From contig BCKZ01000007.1 in assembly GCA_001600815.1 (NCBI GenBank), forward strand, positions 792,059-856,058: a stretch of DNA of 64,000 nt. The letters are read 5' to 3'. The translations under genes and the position numbers were made by a program. This document shows positions 1 to 12,006 of this stretch, one piece after another. Each line of letters opens with the position of its first letter. The stretch's first letter is position 1. Origin of the DNA: Alloascoidea hylecoeti. Its lineage: Eukaryota. A model generated the notes under the pieces. That model was not told the DNA's origin. It made no database searches and was given only the letters and a program-made list of their open reading frames with translations.

Positions 1-873
1 ACTATTTAAATAAATTTCTGCACGCTGTTGTTCTTCGGAAATTCTAGTTTCTGCCTTTCTCATATAATCAACAACCGAATTACTTGATAAAAATACACTG
101 GATTCTTTTTCGAAATAAGTAGAGGTAGCTTTTAAGAAGCTTTCTTCGAAGTGTTCGGAATAGACTACCAAATTGGTTTTTTTGGGGTCATTTTCATCTA
201 AACCCAAAGACACAAAGGATTTGATGGCACTGGAAACATCAGAACCCGTAATATTTTCACCATTTCTTTGTTTCTCGATTTGTTGTAAAATTTCATTTAC
301 TAGAATGTCTAAATTTGGGTCAAAAATGACTTGTTTCCATTTGAATAAACATAATGTATTAACGTCGTAAATATCCTTTTTACCATCATCCCTTTCTTTG
401 CGAACCCAATAACGATTCAAATAATCAAACAGATGATTCAAATAACCTGCACCAAGCGTGAAACGATTCCAAGAGCGAACATAAAATTGTAAGAAAGTTT
501 CGGAAGGTAGTCTTTTAAGGGATGAAAGATGATGGACCAAGTAATCAGATAACTTGGAGTAAATATCGGCACCAACCAACTGTGCACCATGCGGAGACGT
601 GTTGTTGGAAGATGGTCGAAATGAAGACCGATCATACTGAGTCTTATGAATGCAGTAATTGTAAATTGAAGAGTAAACCCCCATGTACATTTCAGAGGTG
701 ATTACTTTCCCGTCTGAAATGTCGTTTGCGAGGATATGGTGGATGCCTGGCTCGACAAATCCCCAACTAAAAAGAAAAGTGAGATGAGCAAATGTTTAAA
801 TGGTTCTGGAGGAGTAGAAGAAGAAAACTTACGTGGAAAGGAGGTTTGTTGAACTTGGAAGGATGCGCGACAT
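1..873 (-). CDS. CDC53: Cullin-1 (SCF scaffold), 5' part; exon1 873..833, intron 832..767, exon2 766..<1 (runs off the window)
   Basis: Manual translation MSRILPSSTNLLST|WGFVEPGIHHIL...MYMGVYSSIYNYC...WNRFTLGAGYLNHLFDYLNRYWVRKERDDGKKDIYDVNTLCL matches the Cdc53 N-terminus; 66-bp GTAAGT...TAG intron keeps the frame. Not in the ORF track because the frame is open at the window edge. Confidence 0.95.
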
Positions 874-1055
874 GATCTGGTGAAATTTTTGAATACAGAA
901 TATGAAATGGTGGCAAGCAAGCTGAGGTGTGGGAAAAGAAAGGTGTATGGAGTTTCTTATGCATCCATTTTTAACTTAAAAGAAGATCGATAATGCGTTT
1001 TTTTACATGGAAATAAACTAGAAATCTTTTTTTTTTTTAAAAACCCCATCAAGAA

Positions 1056-1871
1056 ATGAAACAACTTGTGCTTTTGCCTCTGACGGCTCATCGTTCGCTT
1101 CTGTTCTGTCAGACGAAAAAAATTCCTGTCACTGACAAATCAACTACCAGTATGTTTGCCAAAGCAAATCAGAAATTTCAAGCTTTATGGCATGAATGGG
1201 AACACTCCAAAACTCCATATAAGCACAAAATTGTCGGTGCCACAAACAAGCTTCTAAGCCGTGTTCCTTACGAAGAATGGTCCTTGAGGTCTTTGTCCCA
1301 TGCTACTCTTCAACCTCCAAATCCCTCTACGACTACCCCACAGCCTTTAGCACCACCGTTAACACTTCTATTCCCATCGCAATTACTTACCAACCCTCAA
1401 ATTAAAGACCAGCTACTCGGTGTGGCATCTCGAGGATTACTGAGACACAAAAAGTATGGCCTAATTGATTTAGCAATTATACCTATTACAATTCCATTTG
1501 GTATCGTGCCTATAATTCCAAATATACCTGGATATTATCTAGCATATCGACTATTTTGCCATTACAAAGCTTATAAAGGAGCACAAAATTTAAATTTTTT
1601 CTTAAATGATGGCAAATTACAATTTAAACCATCATTAGAAATATTTAATATTTATAAAAAAACAAAAAATCCAAAAATTTTAGAAAATATATTAAAAATT
1701 GAATCATTTCATAAAAGTTCAAATGAAAAGACACAAATAAGTACAAATATCTTATATGATTTACAACTATTAGATTCTGAAATAATTCCTGATTTGGTAA
1801 AAGTTTTAGAAGCTGAAGAATTTGAACCTGAACTTCATAGAGCTTTGGAACAAATATTGAAAAATTATTAG
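1056..1871 (+). CDS. MRX19: Mitochondrial K+/H+ exchange-related protein (YDL183C/Mit_KHE1 family)
   Basis: 271-aa ORF with PITIPFGIVPIIPNIPGYYLAYR and RVPYEEWSLRS motifs; neighbours CDC53 and RPL41 as in the S. cerevisiae block. Confidence 0.85.
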   Translation: MKQLVLLPLTAHRSLLFCQTKKIPVTDKSTTSMFAKANQKFQALWHEWEHSKTPYKHKIVGATNKLLSRVPYEEWSLRSLSHATLQPPNPSTTTPQPLAPPLTLLFPSQLLTNPQIKDQLLGVASRGLLRHKKYGLIDLAIIPITIPFGIVPIIPNIPGYYLAYRLFCHYKAYKGAQNLNFFLNDGKLQFKPSLEIFNIYKKTKNPKILENILKIESFHKSSNEKTQISTNILYDLQLLDSEIIPDLVKVLEAEEFEPELHRALEQILKNY

Positions 1872-2020
1872 ATCATCATATACAAAAAAAAGATCGATTA
1901 TGATCTATATAAGCAACCCCAAGAATTATTCTTATTGAAGATGAAGAATTATAATGATTATTTGTTGATATTAGCTTGATAAATTATTTACGTTTATTTA
2001 TATAATGACCTAATGATATT

Positions 2021-2169
2021 TGTCAGGTAATATTACCAAATCACGTCCCTTACATATCTAGACCCTAATTCATATAATCCTAGTCTCTATATAGTTACTT
2101 GTCATATATAAATAGGCTCATATTCCCCTTCTAATAAAGATCAACTTGGTTCCTTTTTATAACCTTACA
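2021..2169 (+). mobile_element. Putative short solo LTR (149 bp)
   Basis: TG...CA ends with inverted termini TGTCAGGT/ACCTTACA (7/8), flanks ATATT/ATATC (4/5 target-site duplication), internal TATATAAATA and AATAAA. Confidence 0.6.
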
Positions 2170-2219
2170 ATATCAATTTTTTGTATTATATTTATATAAA
2201 AATATTTAGTTAACTATTA

Positions 2220-4100
2220 TCATTCAATCTTAGTATAATTTGTTGCAAATAAGCCAATTTTTCCATTCAATTTTCCAACTGTTCAGCCAGACCCATCGTC
2301 TTTTTCGATGATAGCAATCTTATCACCCACATTAAAAAATAAGAATTCGGGAGCTTGGGTAGCATAATCAAATACTGCAATAGCATACTTTTTTGTTTTA
2401 TTTTTGTCGTACAAATTAGAAGTTAGAACAAGGCCATCAACCCCATTTTCTGAACGGACATATGTCCATCCAGTTCCATTTGGGGATTCTAAGACTTGAA
2501 CCTCTTCATCTTTACCGACTGATAGTTCATCTGGGGCATTTGCTCTAAATGCATGTATTGTGTTTCGGATGGTAGCTTTTATTTTTTGATGTTGATTCTT
2601 GTGTATCAGTTGAACACCAAAAATATCTAAAAAATTCTTTAGTCCTATTTTCATATAACTCTGAAGAAGAAGTGGTGGGAGGCAATTGAGTATTATTAAT
2701 TTAGGAAGCTTCAATAGCTGTTTTATTGCTACTAAAGTCAAGTAAACCACCAGCTTTTTTTACCACGCCCAGATCCAAAAAAAGAGAGCTTTTATACCAG
2801 TTTTTTTTTTTTAGCAAATTCTTTTTTTATAGTGTCCACTTTAATTTTTAAAACTAATTGTTCATGTTCCTTGGAACATAATTCTTGAATTAAAGCGATT
2901 TTATATTCAAACAACTCTTTATATTTATCCATATTTTTTCCACATCTGGTTTTGATTTTCATCTGATTTAATAGTTCCAATCCGTTGTTATATTTTTTGA
3001 TTAAATTATGGAAACTGTTTAATTTTTTGTCTGAATCGATTATTTCTTTTTTAAGAGTTATTGAAGTATCTTGGTTTATAATGAAATCAGCATTACCATT
3101 ATTTGATTCAAAGAGGAAGTCTTCGGGTAAATTAACATCATCCGAATTATTGTTGTATGAACATGGTTGAATCTAATTTCGGATCATTGTTATCGATTGT
3201 TGATATAGTCTCTGTTGAATTTTCCACAATTTTACTCTCAGTATCTATTTCCATAGAAATCAAATTAATACAAATCGTTTATAACTTGAACTCTATATTC
3301 ATTTGTATCTTGGAAAAAATGCAATAAACGAGGGATGTCGTTTTCGTAAAACCTTTCCTTGATTTTGTTTGCAATTTTCAAATACATCAAATACTCGTTC
3401 TTTGACATATCCCTCTTTGTTAATTCGTTTTTTAACAGTTTTTGTAGTTTTGGTTTTTCTTTTTTCGATTGCATTTAACATTTGAGAACGTGCATTTTCA
3501 ACTGTTTCACAAGCAGTTTGATAATCATCTTTGTATGTCGTTAATGTACCAAAAATCTTATTTTTACAACCAGAGATAGTATTATGGACTTCTTCAATCT
3601 TATTTCTGATATCCTTAAACTCGGCAGTAATAGTACCAATTTGGGATGAAATTTTAACCATTGATTTGGAAAACTTCAATCTTTCTTGCGCTTCTAATCC
3701 TATTGTTGAGACTATTGACTTCCAAGCAATGATAGAGCTATTCTCTGCATAATCGGCTTGAATTGTTGGTGTTTTTCCTACCGACAAGGAACATGATACA
3801 TTTAAATTCTTTTTCATGTGATTTGAGCAAAGCGCTTGTAGTCTCAATGAATATTCTTTTTCAATTTCCGCTCTTTGCTGGAAAAAGGCCTATATATCTT
3901 CATGCCAATTAACTCCATTCAATATCTATGATTCAGCGTTAATGGTATCCTTTCTACATTCGGTTGTGACACAAAGGAATGAACATCCCATTCATTGGTT
4001 ATATCAAATCCGTCCTATTGAATCGGTTAGTATTTTCAAAAAAGCGAAGTATCATTGACATCCATACCTTAAGTTCCTCGCCTATATTGACGGATGTCAT
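2220..4100 (-). pseudogene. BZZ1: BZZ1-like F-BAR/SH3-SH3 pseudogene with introns retained
   Basis: MTSVNIGEELK|DGFDITNEW (intron 4067..4015, GTATGG...TACTAAC...TAG), then WHEDI*AFFQQRAEIEKEYS, F-BAR pieces in different frames and two SH3 domains with an in-frame TGA (GSG*TVGKLNGKIGLFATNY); several stops and frameshifts. Confidence 0.88.
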
Positions 4101-4318
4101 TTTTTTATAGTCTAACTTATAGTTTAAAAGCGTCAGATGAAGTCCAATGAAAAAAACAATATTCAAGGAATCTAACGGTAAAATTTAGACGAATTCTGAC
4201 AGATGGGCAAAAAAAGGTAAATATTTTTCTAGATAAGTCTGATGCTGTAGATTACACATGGGTTAGTTGGGATTGTGGTTTTATTTTCTTAACACCAACT
4301 TTTCAAACACCCCACAAA

Positions 4319-5123
4319 ATGACTCATAGAATTTCGCTGAGCGAGATCTCTGTCAATTCCAATAAATGGATGCAATTGAAACCTTCTGGAAGGATTGAAA
4401 TCTGCAACTTGAGTAACTTTGGGGTCTCAACCACAGAAATCAGCAGACGTTTGGATTTCACAATTAAGAGATTCGCAAATATTTCTTCCGGTATAACTCC
4501 AAAACCAAAGAGAAAGCCTATTAATACTGAAAGAGCAGTGCAGCAGATAATGAGGATTGTAATGGCTTACCCCTTGGCCACATTATCAAAGCTGGCATCA
4601 AGTTCAATGTCAGCATATCAAGGGTCACCCTAAACAAACTTGCTGAAAAGCGTGGTTTTGGAACCTGAGTAGCGAGGAAAAGACCCTCTTTAAATAAGAA
4701 GAATATAAATATTAGAATACGATGGTCCAAAGAAAGATTGGGGTGGACTCAGGACGCTTGGGACACGATTGTTTTCAGTGATGAGTTTTCGGTCATGACA
4801 GGTTCTGGATCTGGAAAAGTATTTGCCCGAAGAAAGTCTGGTGAAGCCCTTGAACCTAAAAATATTTATAATATTAGGAAGTCAGGGGCTGTAAGGGTTA
4901 TGGTATGGGCTGGAATTTGGAAAGGGGCCGTACTTCGCTGTTTAGTGTGGTTGGGGATCCCAATAGTAAGAAAAAGGGAGCCATTATTTACAGATGTGAA
5001 ACTACTCGGTCAAACTCGACTCACGTGCAGCATTACCGGCCACATTGTTATTTAGCCCGAAAAAGTATTTATATCAGAATAACGCTTGGCCATTCTTTTG
5101 AATACTTATAAAGCTGTACTGTA
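4319..5123 (+). mobile_element. Degenerate Tc1/mariner-like transposase with possible right end
   Basis: HTH-like start, then frameshifted RGFGT*VARKRPSL...WTQDAWDTIVFSDE...VMVWAGIW typical of Tc1 DDE enzymes; later catalytic residues are missing; ends ...CTGTACTG-TA at 5121-5123; left TIR not found. Confidence 0.85.
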
Positions 5124-5173
5124 TACACCAGATATCCGACTCCTTTTTAACTGAAAAATCAACCAAAAAAAAC

Positions 5174-5480
5174 AAGAGAAAGGGTGGGTAACTGTTATAT
5201 ATTTTTGGTGAATGTCTAGCCACGATACATGTTACATGCTCGGCCTGATCTGGTAACAACAGATCATGACCAAGCTTCCACGATCACGATCATCTCGTGG
5301 ATATCGATCTAGAAGCTTTCATGTCTCATAGATGTAATTATAAGTTATGTAGTCTTCTCGCGAATATAAAAGCTCGCTTGTCTCCCTTCTAGTTAAGAGG
5401 GCAAGCTTTGTTTCGACTACCTTTGTTAATATCAGTGAATACAAAATAGATTCGGCTCACAAGCCAACCCATATATAACA
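5174..5480 (+). mobile_element. Polypurine tract plus LTR (5193..5480); likely 3' end of a truncated LTR retrotransposon
   Basis: Perfect 10-bp inverted termini TGTTATATAT/ATATATAACA, internal TATAAAAG, preceded by AAGAGAAAGGGTGGGTAAC; no TSD. Confidence 0.6.
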
Positions 5481-5901
5481 ATATATATTATATATAGCAA
5501 TACCTATTGTTATACAATTCAACCTTGAAAACGTAGCAGCGTCCCTATATAAACTCTTAGAATAAATATATTTAGTTATTTAGGTATGTATTATAACTAT
5601 TAGTTATATCGTCAAAGTGCACGAATGTTTTTTTATTTCTTCATCGTATTTCCACCACGATAATTACGAGTTTCATTGAACATATTGAATGGGATAGAAT
5701 GGTTGCTATTGCTATATGAGGTATCGATTGCTATGATTATACTATATGAAGAGTAGATATTACTCTTGATGAAACTTATCGGCTATCAGCCAATAGCTAG
5801 TCAACTACAACAATGCGTCAAAAGATCATATTTTCCCTTCACAACTCATTAGCACAAAATCAACTTTACTAACAAACTAAAAAAAAATACGATTTGACAC
5901 A

Positions 5902-5956
5902 TCACGTGTATTCCCCATACAGTGAAAAGCAGTCACAGATGTTCCTGGGCGGGTAA
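5902..5956 (+). promoter_or_regulatory. RPL41 promoter motifs: TCACGTG (Cbf1-type), CAGTCACA (Homol-D), CGGGTAA (Reb1-type)
   Basis: Exact motif matches at ~5902, 5930-5937 and ~5950, just upstream of RPL41. Confidence 0.55.
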
Positions 5957-6101
5957 CATGGGCGAGAGGAGTTCTGGACAATTTGCAGCCCATTCTTCCT
6001 TTCTTCTTCATACTTGCATAGTAATTATTTAAGTAGGTTGCTTATAATTTTATCATCCTCAATCAATTGGTGGTTACTAACATTATTATTATATTATTAG
6101 T

Positions 6102-6179
6102 ATGCGTGCCAAATGGAGAAAGAAGAGAGTTAGAAGACTTAAGAGAAAGAGACGGAAGGTTAGAGCCAGATCCAAATAA
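6102..6179 (+). CDS. RPL41: Ribosomal protein L41 (25 aa)
   Basis: MRAKWRKKRVRRLKRKRRKVRARSK*; below the ORF-track cutoff. Confidence 0.98.
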   Translation: MRAKWRKKRVRRLKRKRRKVRARSK

Positions 6180-6605
6180 ATGCATCCCGTTATGATTTCC
6201 ACTCAATAATATAAGTCTATTCTTTTCAACACTCAATTACTATCAACAAATCTGCTAATTGCAGCTGGTGGAATTTTACATTTATGGTGGAAGGGGTCGA
6301 TGATGATTAATGATTGAAGTTATAGGACTTGGTTGATGCAATTCTGATTGAAAATCTTGTTCTTATTGTTATATATTATTAAAATGTTACGAACTAATTT
6401 ATGATGTTAAGATCAAAAACACACATTACTTCCATTGATATTGTAATGCTCGTAGTATATTCCAGACCGACCGTGTAATGTTTGTCCTACCCCTAAAGAT
6501 GATATACACGTGATTATTGCTTATTAAGATATTACCCGACTTTTCCAGGCGACTTCGCTCCTCCGGATTGTAAGTAAGCAATCCCTTATTTTCAATCTTC
6601 ACCAA

Positions 6606-7741
6606 ATGTCAGAATCTTCTTTGCAAGGAATTAACCAACTAGATGCCTGGATAGAGCAGCTTAGTCAATGTAAGCCTCTGACGGAGGAAGAGGTCGGACG
6701 ATTGTGCAATATGGTATGTTTTGTTGCCATTCCCCTAGTTTGCCAAATCTTTGCCTTGTGGCATGTTTAAGCCAACTCATCGACTCAATTTAGAAATATT
6801 TCATTATACTCTAGTTTATTTAGAATAGAAATAGATATTTTGAGATGCCCTGTTTGTGCGGAATGTTCCTCTTTATTGTTTTTGTTTTACCCTAACTTTA
6901 ACATCTTTAACAGGCTGTTGATGTCCTACAATTCGAAGAAAATGTTCAGCCAGTTCATGTCCCTGTTACAATATGTGGTGATATACACGGTCAATTCCAC
7001 GATTTGATGGAATTATTTAAAATAGGTGGTCCTTGCCCTGACACAAACTATTTATTTATGGGTGATTACGTCGATCGAGGTTATTATTCGGTTGAATCCA
7101 TTTCATACTTAGTTGCAATGAAAGTGAGGTATCCAAAAAGAATTACTATATTAAGAGGTAATCATGAAACAAGACAAATCACTCAAGTTTACGGTTTTTA
7201 TGATGAATGTTTAAGAAAATATGGTAGTGCTAGTGTTTGGAAATTATTTACGGATTTATTTGATTATTTCCCGATAACTGCTCTTGTTGATAATAGAATC
7301 TTTTGTTTACATGGTGGTTTATCCCCAATGATCGAATCTATTGATCAAATTAGAGAATTAAATAGATTCCAAGAAGTTCCACATGAGGGTCCAATGTGTG
7401 ATCTTTTATGGTCTGATCCTGATGATAGAGGCGGTTGGGGTATTAGTCCAAGAGGTGCTGGTTTTACCTTTGGAAAAGATATTTCTGAACAATTCAACCA
7501 TAATAATGACTTATCTTTAATTGCAAGAGCCCATCAATTAGTTATGGATGGTTATAGTTGGTCACATGAAGATTTCGTTGTTACGATTTTTTCTGCTCCA
7601 AATTATTGTTATAGATGTGGTAATCAAGCCGCCATTATGGAAGTTGACGAAGCTTATGAAGGTAATTTCTTACAGTATGATCCATCAATTAGAGAAGGTG
7701 AACCTGTGGTTACAAGGAAAACTCCAGATTATTTCTTGTGA
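6606..7741 (+). CDS. PPH21: PP2A catalytic subunit; exon1 6606..6713, intron 6714..6913, exon2 6914..7741
   Basis: [16 protein letters not shown]...[28 protein letters not shown] and RGNHE motifs, C-terminal TPDYFL; GTATGT...CCTAAC...CAG intron in frame. Confidence 0.96.
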
Positions 7742-8373
7742 TGATTTTTAATTCTATTCCTAATAGATATTGTGTATGTATTTGAATATATTGTGGTTCA
7801 TCTTTACCTAGCCTGTTACTATGTGTGATTTTGATATCCCAATTACTACAATTGCAAAATATCAATATAAAAATATGCTCTTATACTAATTATATAAATT
7901 TCTTCTCCCTTGTTAGTTATTAATCAATACTAATTGAAGTATTATCTTGACCGTTTCTTCCCTTTTCATTCTTTTTTATATTGTTTTGTCATTGTCCTTT
8001 ATAACATTGTTCTGCTTTGAATATTCTGTTTTTCTTTTTTTTTTCTTTCCTTGTTTTTATTGAAACAAAAATTAAATACAAACAAACATCGTTTTATATT
8101 ATAAAATTAGTCTATATATATTTTTCAAAAAAAGCATGGTATAGATAGAGTTATAATGGCTAATGATTTTTTGGATTAATTTATGATTATGAGTGGTTGT
8201 AAATTAAAACCTAAATATAACACTCACTCCGTGGTCTATTGCGGCACCTCAATTATATTTTCTAGATCTCACGATATACTAGGGCGTGTACGCCATGTAG
8301 TCACTGTAGTATAGAGCTTCTTTTTTGGTTTCAATATTGATGATTTGTTCTTTTAAAAAGTTCAGTTTGTGTC

Positions 8374-10482
8374 GTCAGATCCGGACAGTGTAAGGAGTCC
8401 GGACGGCATAATTGATATTTTCGACCACCATTTTCTTAACCAAAAACTAATAATTTGAGATTTTTTCTCCAACTTAGAATATTCAGCTCAGCAGCACCAA
8501 TCTCACGACAAGCATTTCTCTTCGTTATCTCAGGGGAATTATGTGTTATTAGTGCTTTCCCCTCTTAGAAGTCTTAGGTCCACCTCAGATAGTTTTTAAG
8601 GGATCTTCAAGAATTTTGGTAGATGTATTTGATAATAAAGCCTGTTTGCATCATCCCCCCAGGCCAATTCTTTCAAATACAAAATTCATCCTCCGATACA
8701 TCATATATTTTCAGCTTTTTCACAAACATTTCAGATTTTAATTCTCCCTCAAAATCTTCATATAAAATGAAATTTGTCTTGGATTTTTCCGTTTGCTCTT
8801 CTTCATCATTTTCAGCCACACAAACTTTTCCAAATTTCGATAAAATTTTCTGTGGGTCAAAGGGTATATCCCGTTTGCCCTATAACTACAATGACCAGAA
8901 CGTATATTTCTAGCTGTTATTGCATCAGATCTAGCCTTCTTATATATTTCAACGAATTCTCCTTTTTGTGCTCTATGATTATTGGGTTTATCTACTAGTA
9001 TAGATGTTTTTCAACCTTTTTTTAAGAGGACCAAAGCAAGAGACATCCAACACCTGCGTTGCTGACTGGTGTGGGCGGGCAAAATAAAGAGTCGAATGCC
9101 ATATTTAATGCATTCCATGACTAGGTGAAAGGAGATATGACTGGAATGTTCATCTAATAAAATAATGTATCGTTCTTCATACGCAATATGGGGTAAAAAC
9201 AATTCAAGTAACCACCTCAACTTCAAATCTCCATTTATGTAACCTGAACTGAAACATGTAAAAACCCAGTTCTTTAATGCCCTATCTTTATCACCGAGCA
9301 GGGGAGACATCTTCCTCCTTTTTTTTAAAAATATAATGAATGGCGGAGTCCTGGAACCATCAGGACACACGCATTTAACAGACTCTTGGGATTTTAATTT
9401 GAGCAAAACTCTTTTGAGTAGAGGACACAAATCGCTTTTCCCCCTCATTAATGACTCCGAGGTGGGTATCAGTCTCGTCCAAGTTCCAAATATGAGATTA
9501 TGGTGTTGTTTTGATAGCCCGATTGAGCAGTGTGTACCATTCGCGGATATACCTAGGGTCTTTACTCAAGAACCTATAAGCATCTAATTTACGGCATCTT
9601 TTTTTATGACAAGATGGTATTTCGGGACATAAAAGCCTCATGATAATTACACCCACAGAAATGCGACACTATCTTGTTTTTGGTTGGTAATTTTAAAGAG
9701 GGATCTTTTTGAACCCGTTCGTATACCAGACCATCTACCATCTCACGAAACCGTTTTAAATTAGCGGCACACCCATTTTTCGAGAAAAACAACAGTCTAC
9801 GAGCAAGCTCCTGCTCCTCAAGGGGGATTAGAACCATTTGTGAAATGTGGGAATTCTTGTATGATGATGAACCATTGAAACGATCGTTTAAAGTTGATCT
9901 TGGAACACAGAAGTTTTTTTTTAGAAACCCTCCGGAACGACTGATTCATGTGTTTTTGCTTGTAATCGACAGTAGCCTTAACTAAAATATTCTGACGCTC
10001 ATTCTTATTCTGCACAGATCTTGTACGAGCCATTTGGAGTTATGATGGAGGTTCGGTAGCAATTGAAAGACGAAGTACTTTTATATGCTCCCAATTATCC
10101 CGTTTTGGGATGGCTGGTCATAATTCTTTAAATCACCCTATCTCACGACATTAGATTCTACTAAAAGAATTCTACTATATCATATGAACTTCGACTCATC
10201 CGATGATACCCGAATATAAAATTTTCAGCTAATAATAGATACCGAAAATTATGTTGAAAAACTGGTGTTCCTGATTCTAATAAGCTAAATACTCTAAGTC
10301 GGAGAAAAAATCTTACTCTACAACGGAAAACACAAAACTTAAATTTTTGAAATATACTATCATAGTGACGAGATTAAATAAATTTTAGTGATGGTATTAA
10401 ATTTAATTTATATTAGCTTTTGGTTAAGAAAATGGTGGTTTAAAATATCAATTATGTTCCGTCCGGACTTTACAGATCTGAC
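8374..10482 (-). mobile_element. Decayed pogo/Fot1-like DNA transposon with imperfect TIRs
   Basis: TIR cores 8396..8451 and 10411..10469 (AGTCCGGACGG.CATAATTGATATTTT..ACCACCATTTTCTTAACCAAAA); frameshifted transposase from ATG 10033 with VPRSTLNDRF, LEEQELARRL (CENP-B HTH) and ILLDEHSSH (DDE_1). Confidence 0.9.
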
Positions 10483-11258
10483 AGTATAGGGCTATGATCT
10501 TTAACGAATCTAAATTAACGATTGTACTAAAATAAGAAATCAACCCTACATCCTTTTCTCTACACTTTCAACTTGAAATGTTTTCTGCAATTTTGCTTAT
10601 ACATGTACACTCCTCTCAACTCAATCTATCATCCAACATTAGAAAAAGGTTTGTAGTTCACTTTCGAGATGTCCACTCTTTAAGATAATTATACAAATAA
10701 ATGTATGGATATTTACAAACTGTAGGAGCCATCATCTTTACTTTCTATTCACTCATTTATGGGAAACCCCATATTATTTTTCAGAAGATTAAATCGAACC
10801 ACCATATAGGTCTATAATTATAATGGCTCATAAATCACCTCTTTTTCTCCATGCCATACACGGGTTATATTATGATTCTATTAGATGAATATACTGTAGA
10901 TATCGACTCAATCTGTGATCCCAAATTTAATTGAGTTTATAATAAACATTGATTACTTATCATGATGAGGAAAACAAAGATATTGAATGATCTCGAGCTA
11001 TTCCAGATTCTACGACGATCGGTATATAATAATTGTAAGAAATACGTCGATTAATAGAAGAATACATATAGAGCTATAATATTAGCTAAGTAAAGGTTTT
11101 AAGATTCACAATCACAAACAAAACTGCAAAAGCAAAATAATAATCACTTTGTAAGACAACAACGCAATTAAAATTCAAAAGAAGATTTCTAGAAACAGAT
11201 CATGTTAAAAGAATAAAGCTAGAGGTATATTTTACATGAATACAACTCAGCTGCAAGA

Positions 11259-12006
11259 TCAAAAAAACCAATTTTTATATTTTGTACCTCTACGCACACT
11301 TTCATTGTAAAGTTGTTCCTTTCTAAAATATAATTTAAACAAGTTTTTGTTCTCTTCCGTTCCAAAAATTAGACCAAATTTTACCGACAAAGGTCGTTTA
11401 TAATTTTTTAGATAATGAGCTCTTTTAATGTCCTCGGCCCTGGTAATCGTGTATCTCTGATACACACAATTTTTTTCTAGATTTAAAGAGTCAGGTAATT
11501 TAAAATAATCCCAAGATGAGTCTTTTAATACATATTCTGGTTGAATTGCATGGGCTGCTAATGTATTGTTATTGACATAAGTTTTAACCGAAGCTGAATC
11601 TGTCATAGGAAATATTGAAAGAAAACTTTCTCTTTCTAAATTAGTTGTGTGGATACCATGGCAAAATTGTATATCACAAAGTATGGGGTTCGACCATTTT
11701 TGTGGGTTTTCTGGATCATTTTGAATCAATACTTCTGCTCTCATTTTGAATAAATACTTCTGCTCTCATTTTGAAAATTGTTTCTTGATTGGCATATAGA
11801 TATTTTTTTTGGAAGTAGCTAATTTTTTTTTTTTTTTGAAAGTAGCTAACTTTTTTGGATCGATATTTTTTACAATTCACAATTGATTTGCAAGCATCGG
11901 TAACTGACTTTTTCAAACTGCCTCTGGTACTGTAATTGTGTTGTGATGAAGTTTGCCCGACCTTCGTATCTTGATCAGTTACTGAGATCAAATGATCTTT
12001 TTCCAT
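11259..12006 (-). pseudogene. Unknown ORF split by a 26-bp tandem duplication
   Basis: ORFs of 96 and 161 aa overlap at a duplicated AATACTTCTGCTCTCATTTTGAA unit (MRAEV occurs in both frames); no family recognised. Confidence 0.4.

Noticed and set aside
173..964. Four short track ORFs
   Set aside because: Alternative-frame or antisense shadows of the spliced CDC53 gene.
2283..2285. In-frame TGA at a conserved SH3 Trp as evidence of a TGA=Trp code
   Set aside because: Intact genes here end in TGA and use TGG for Trp; the locus has other stops and frameshifts.
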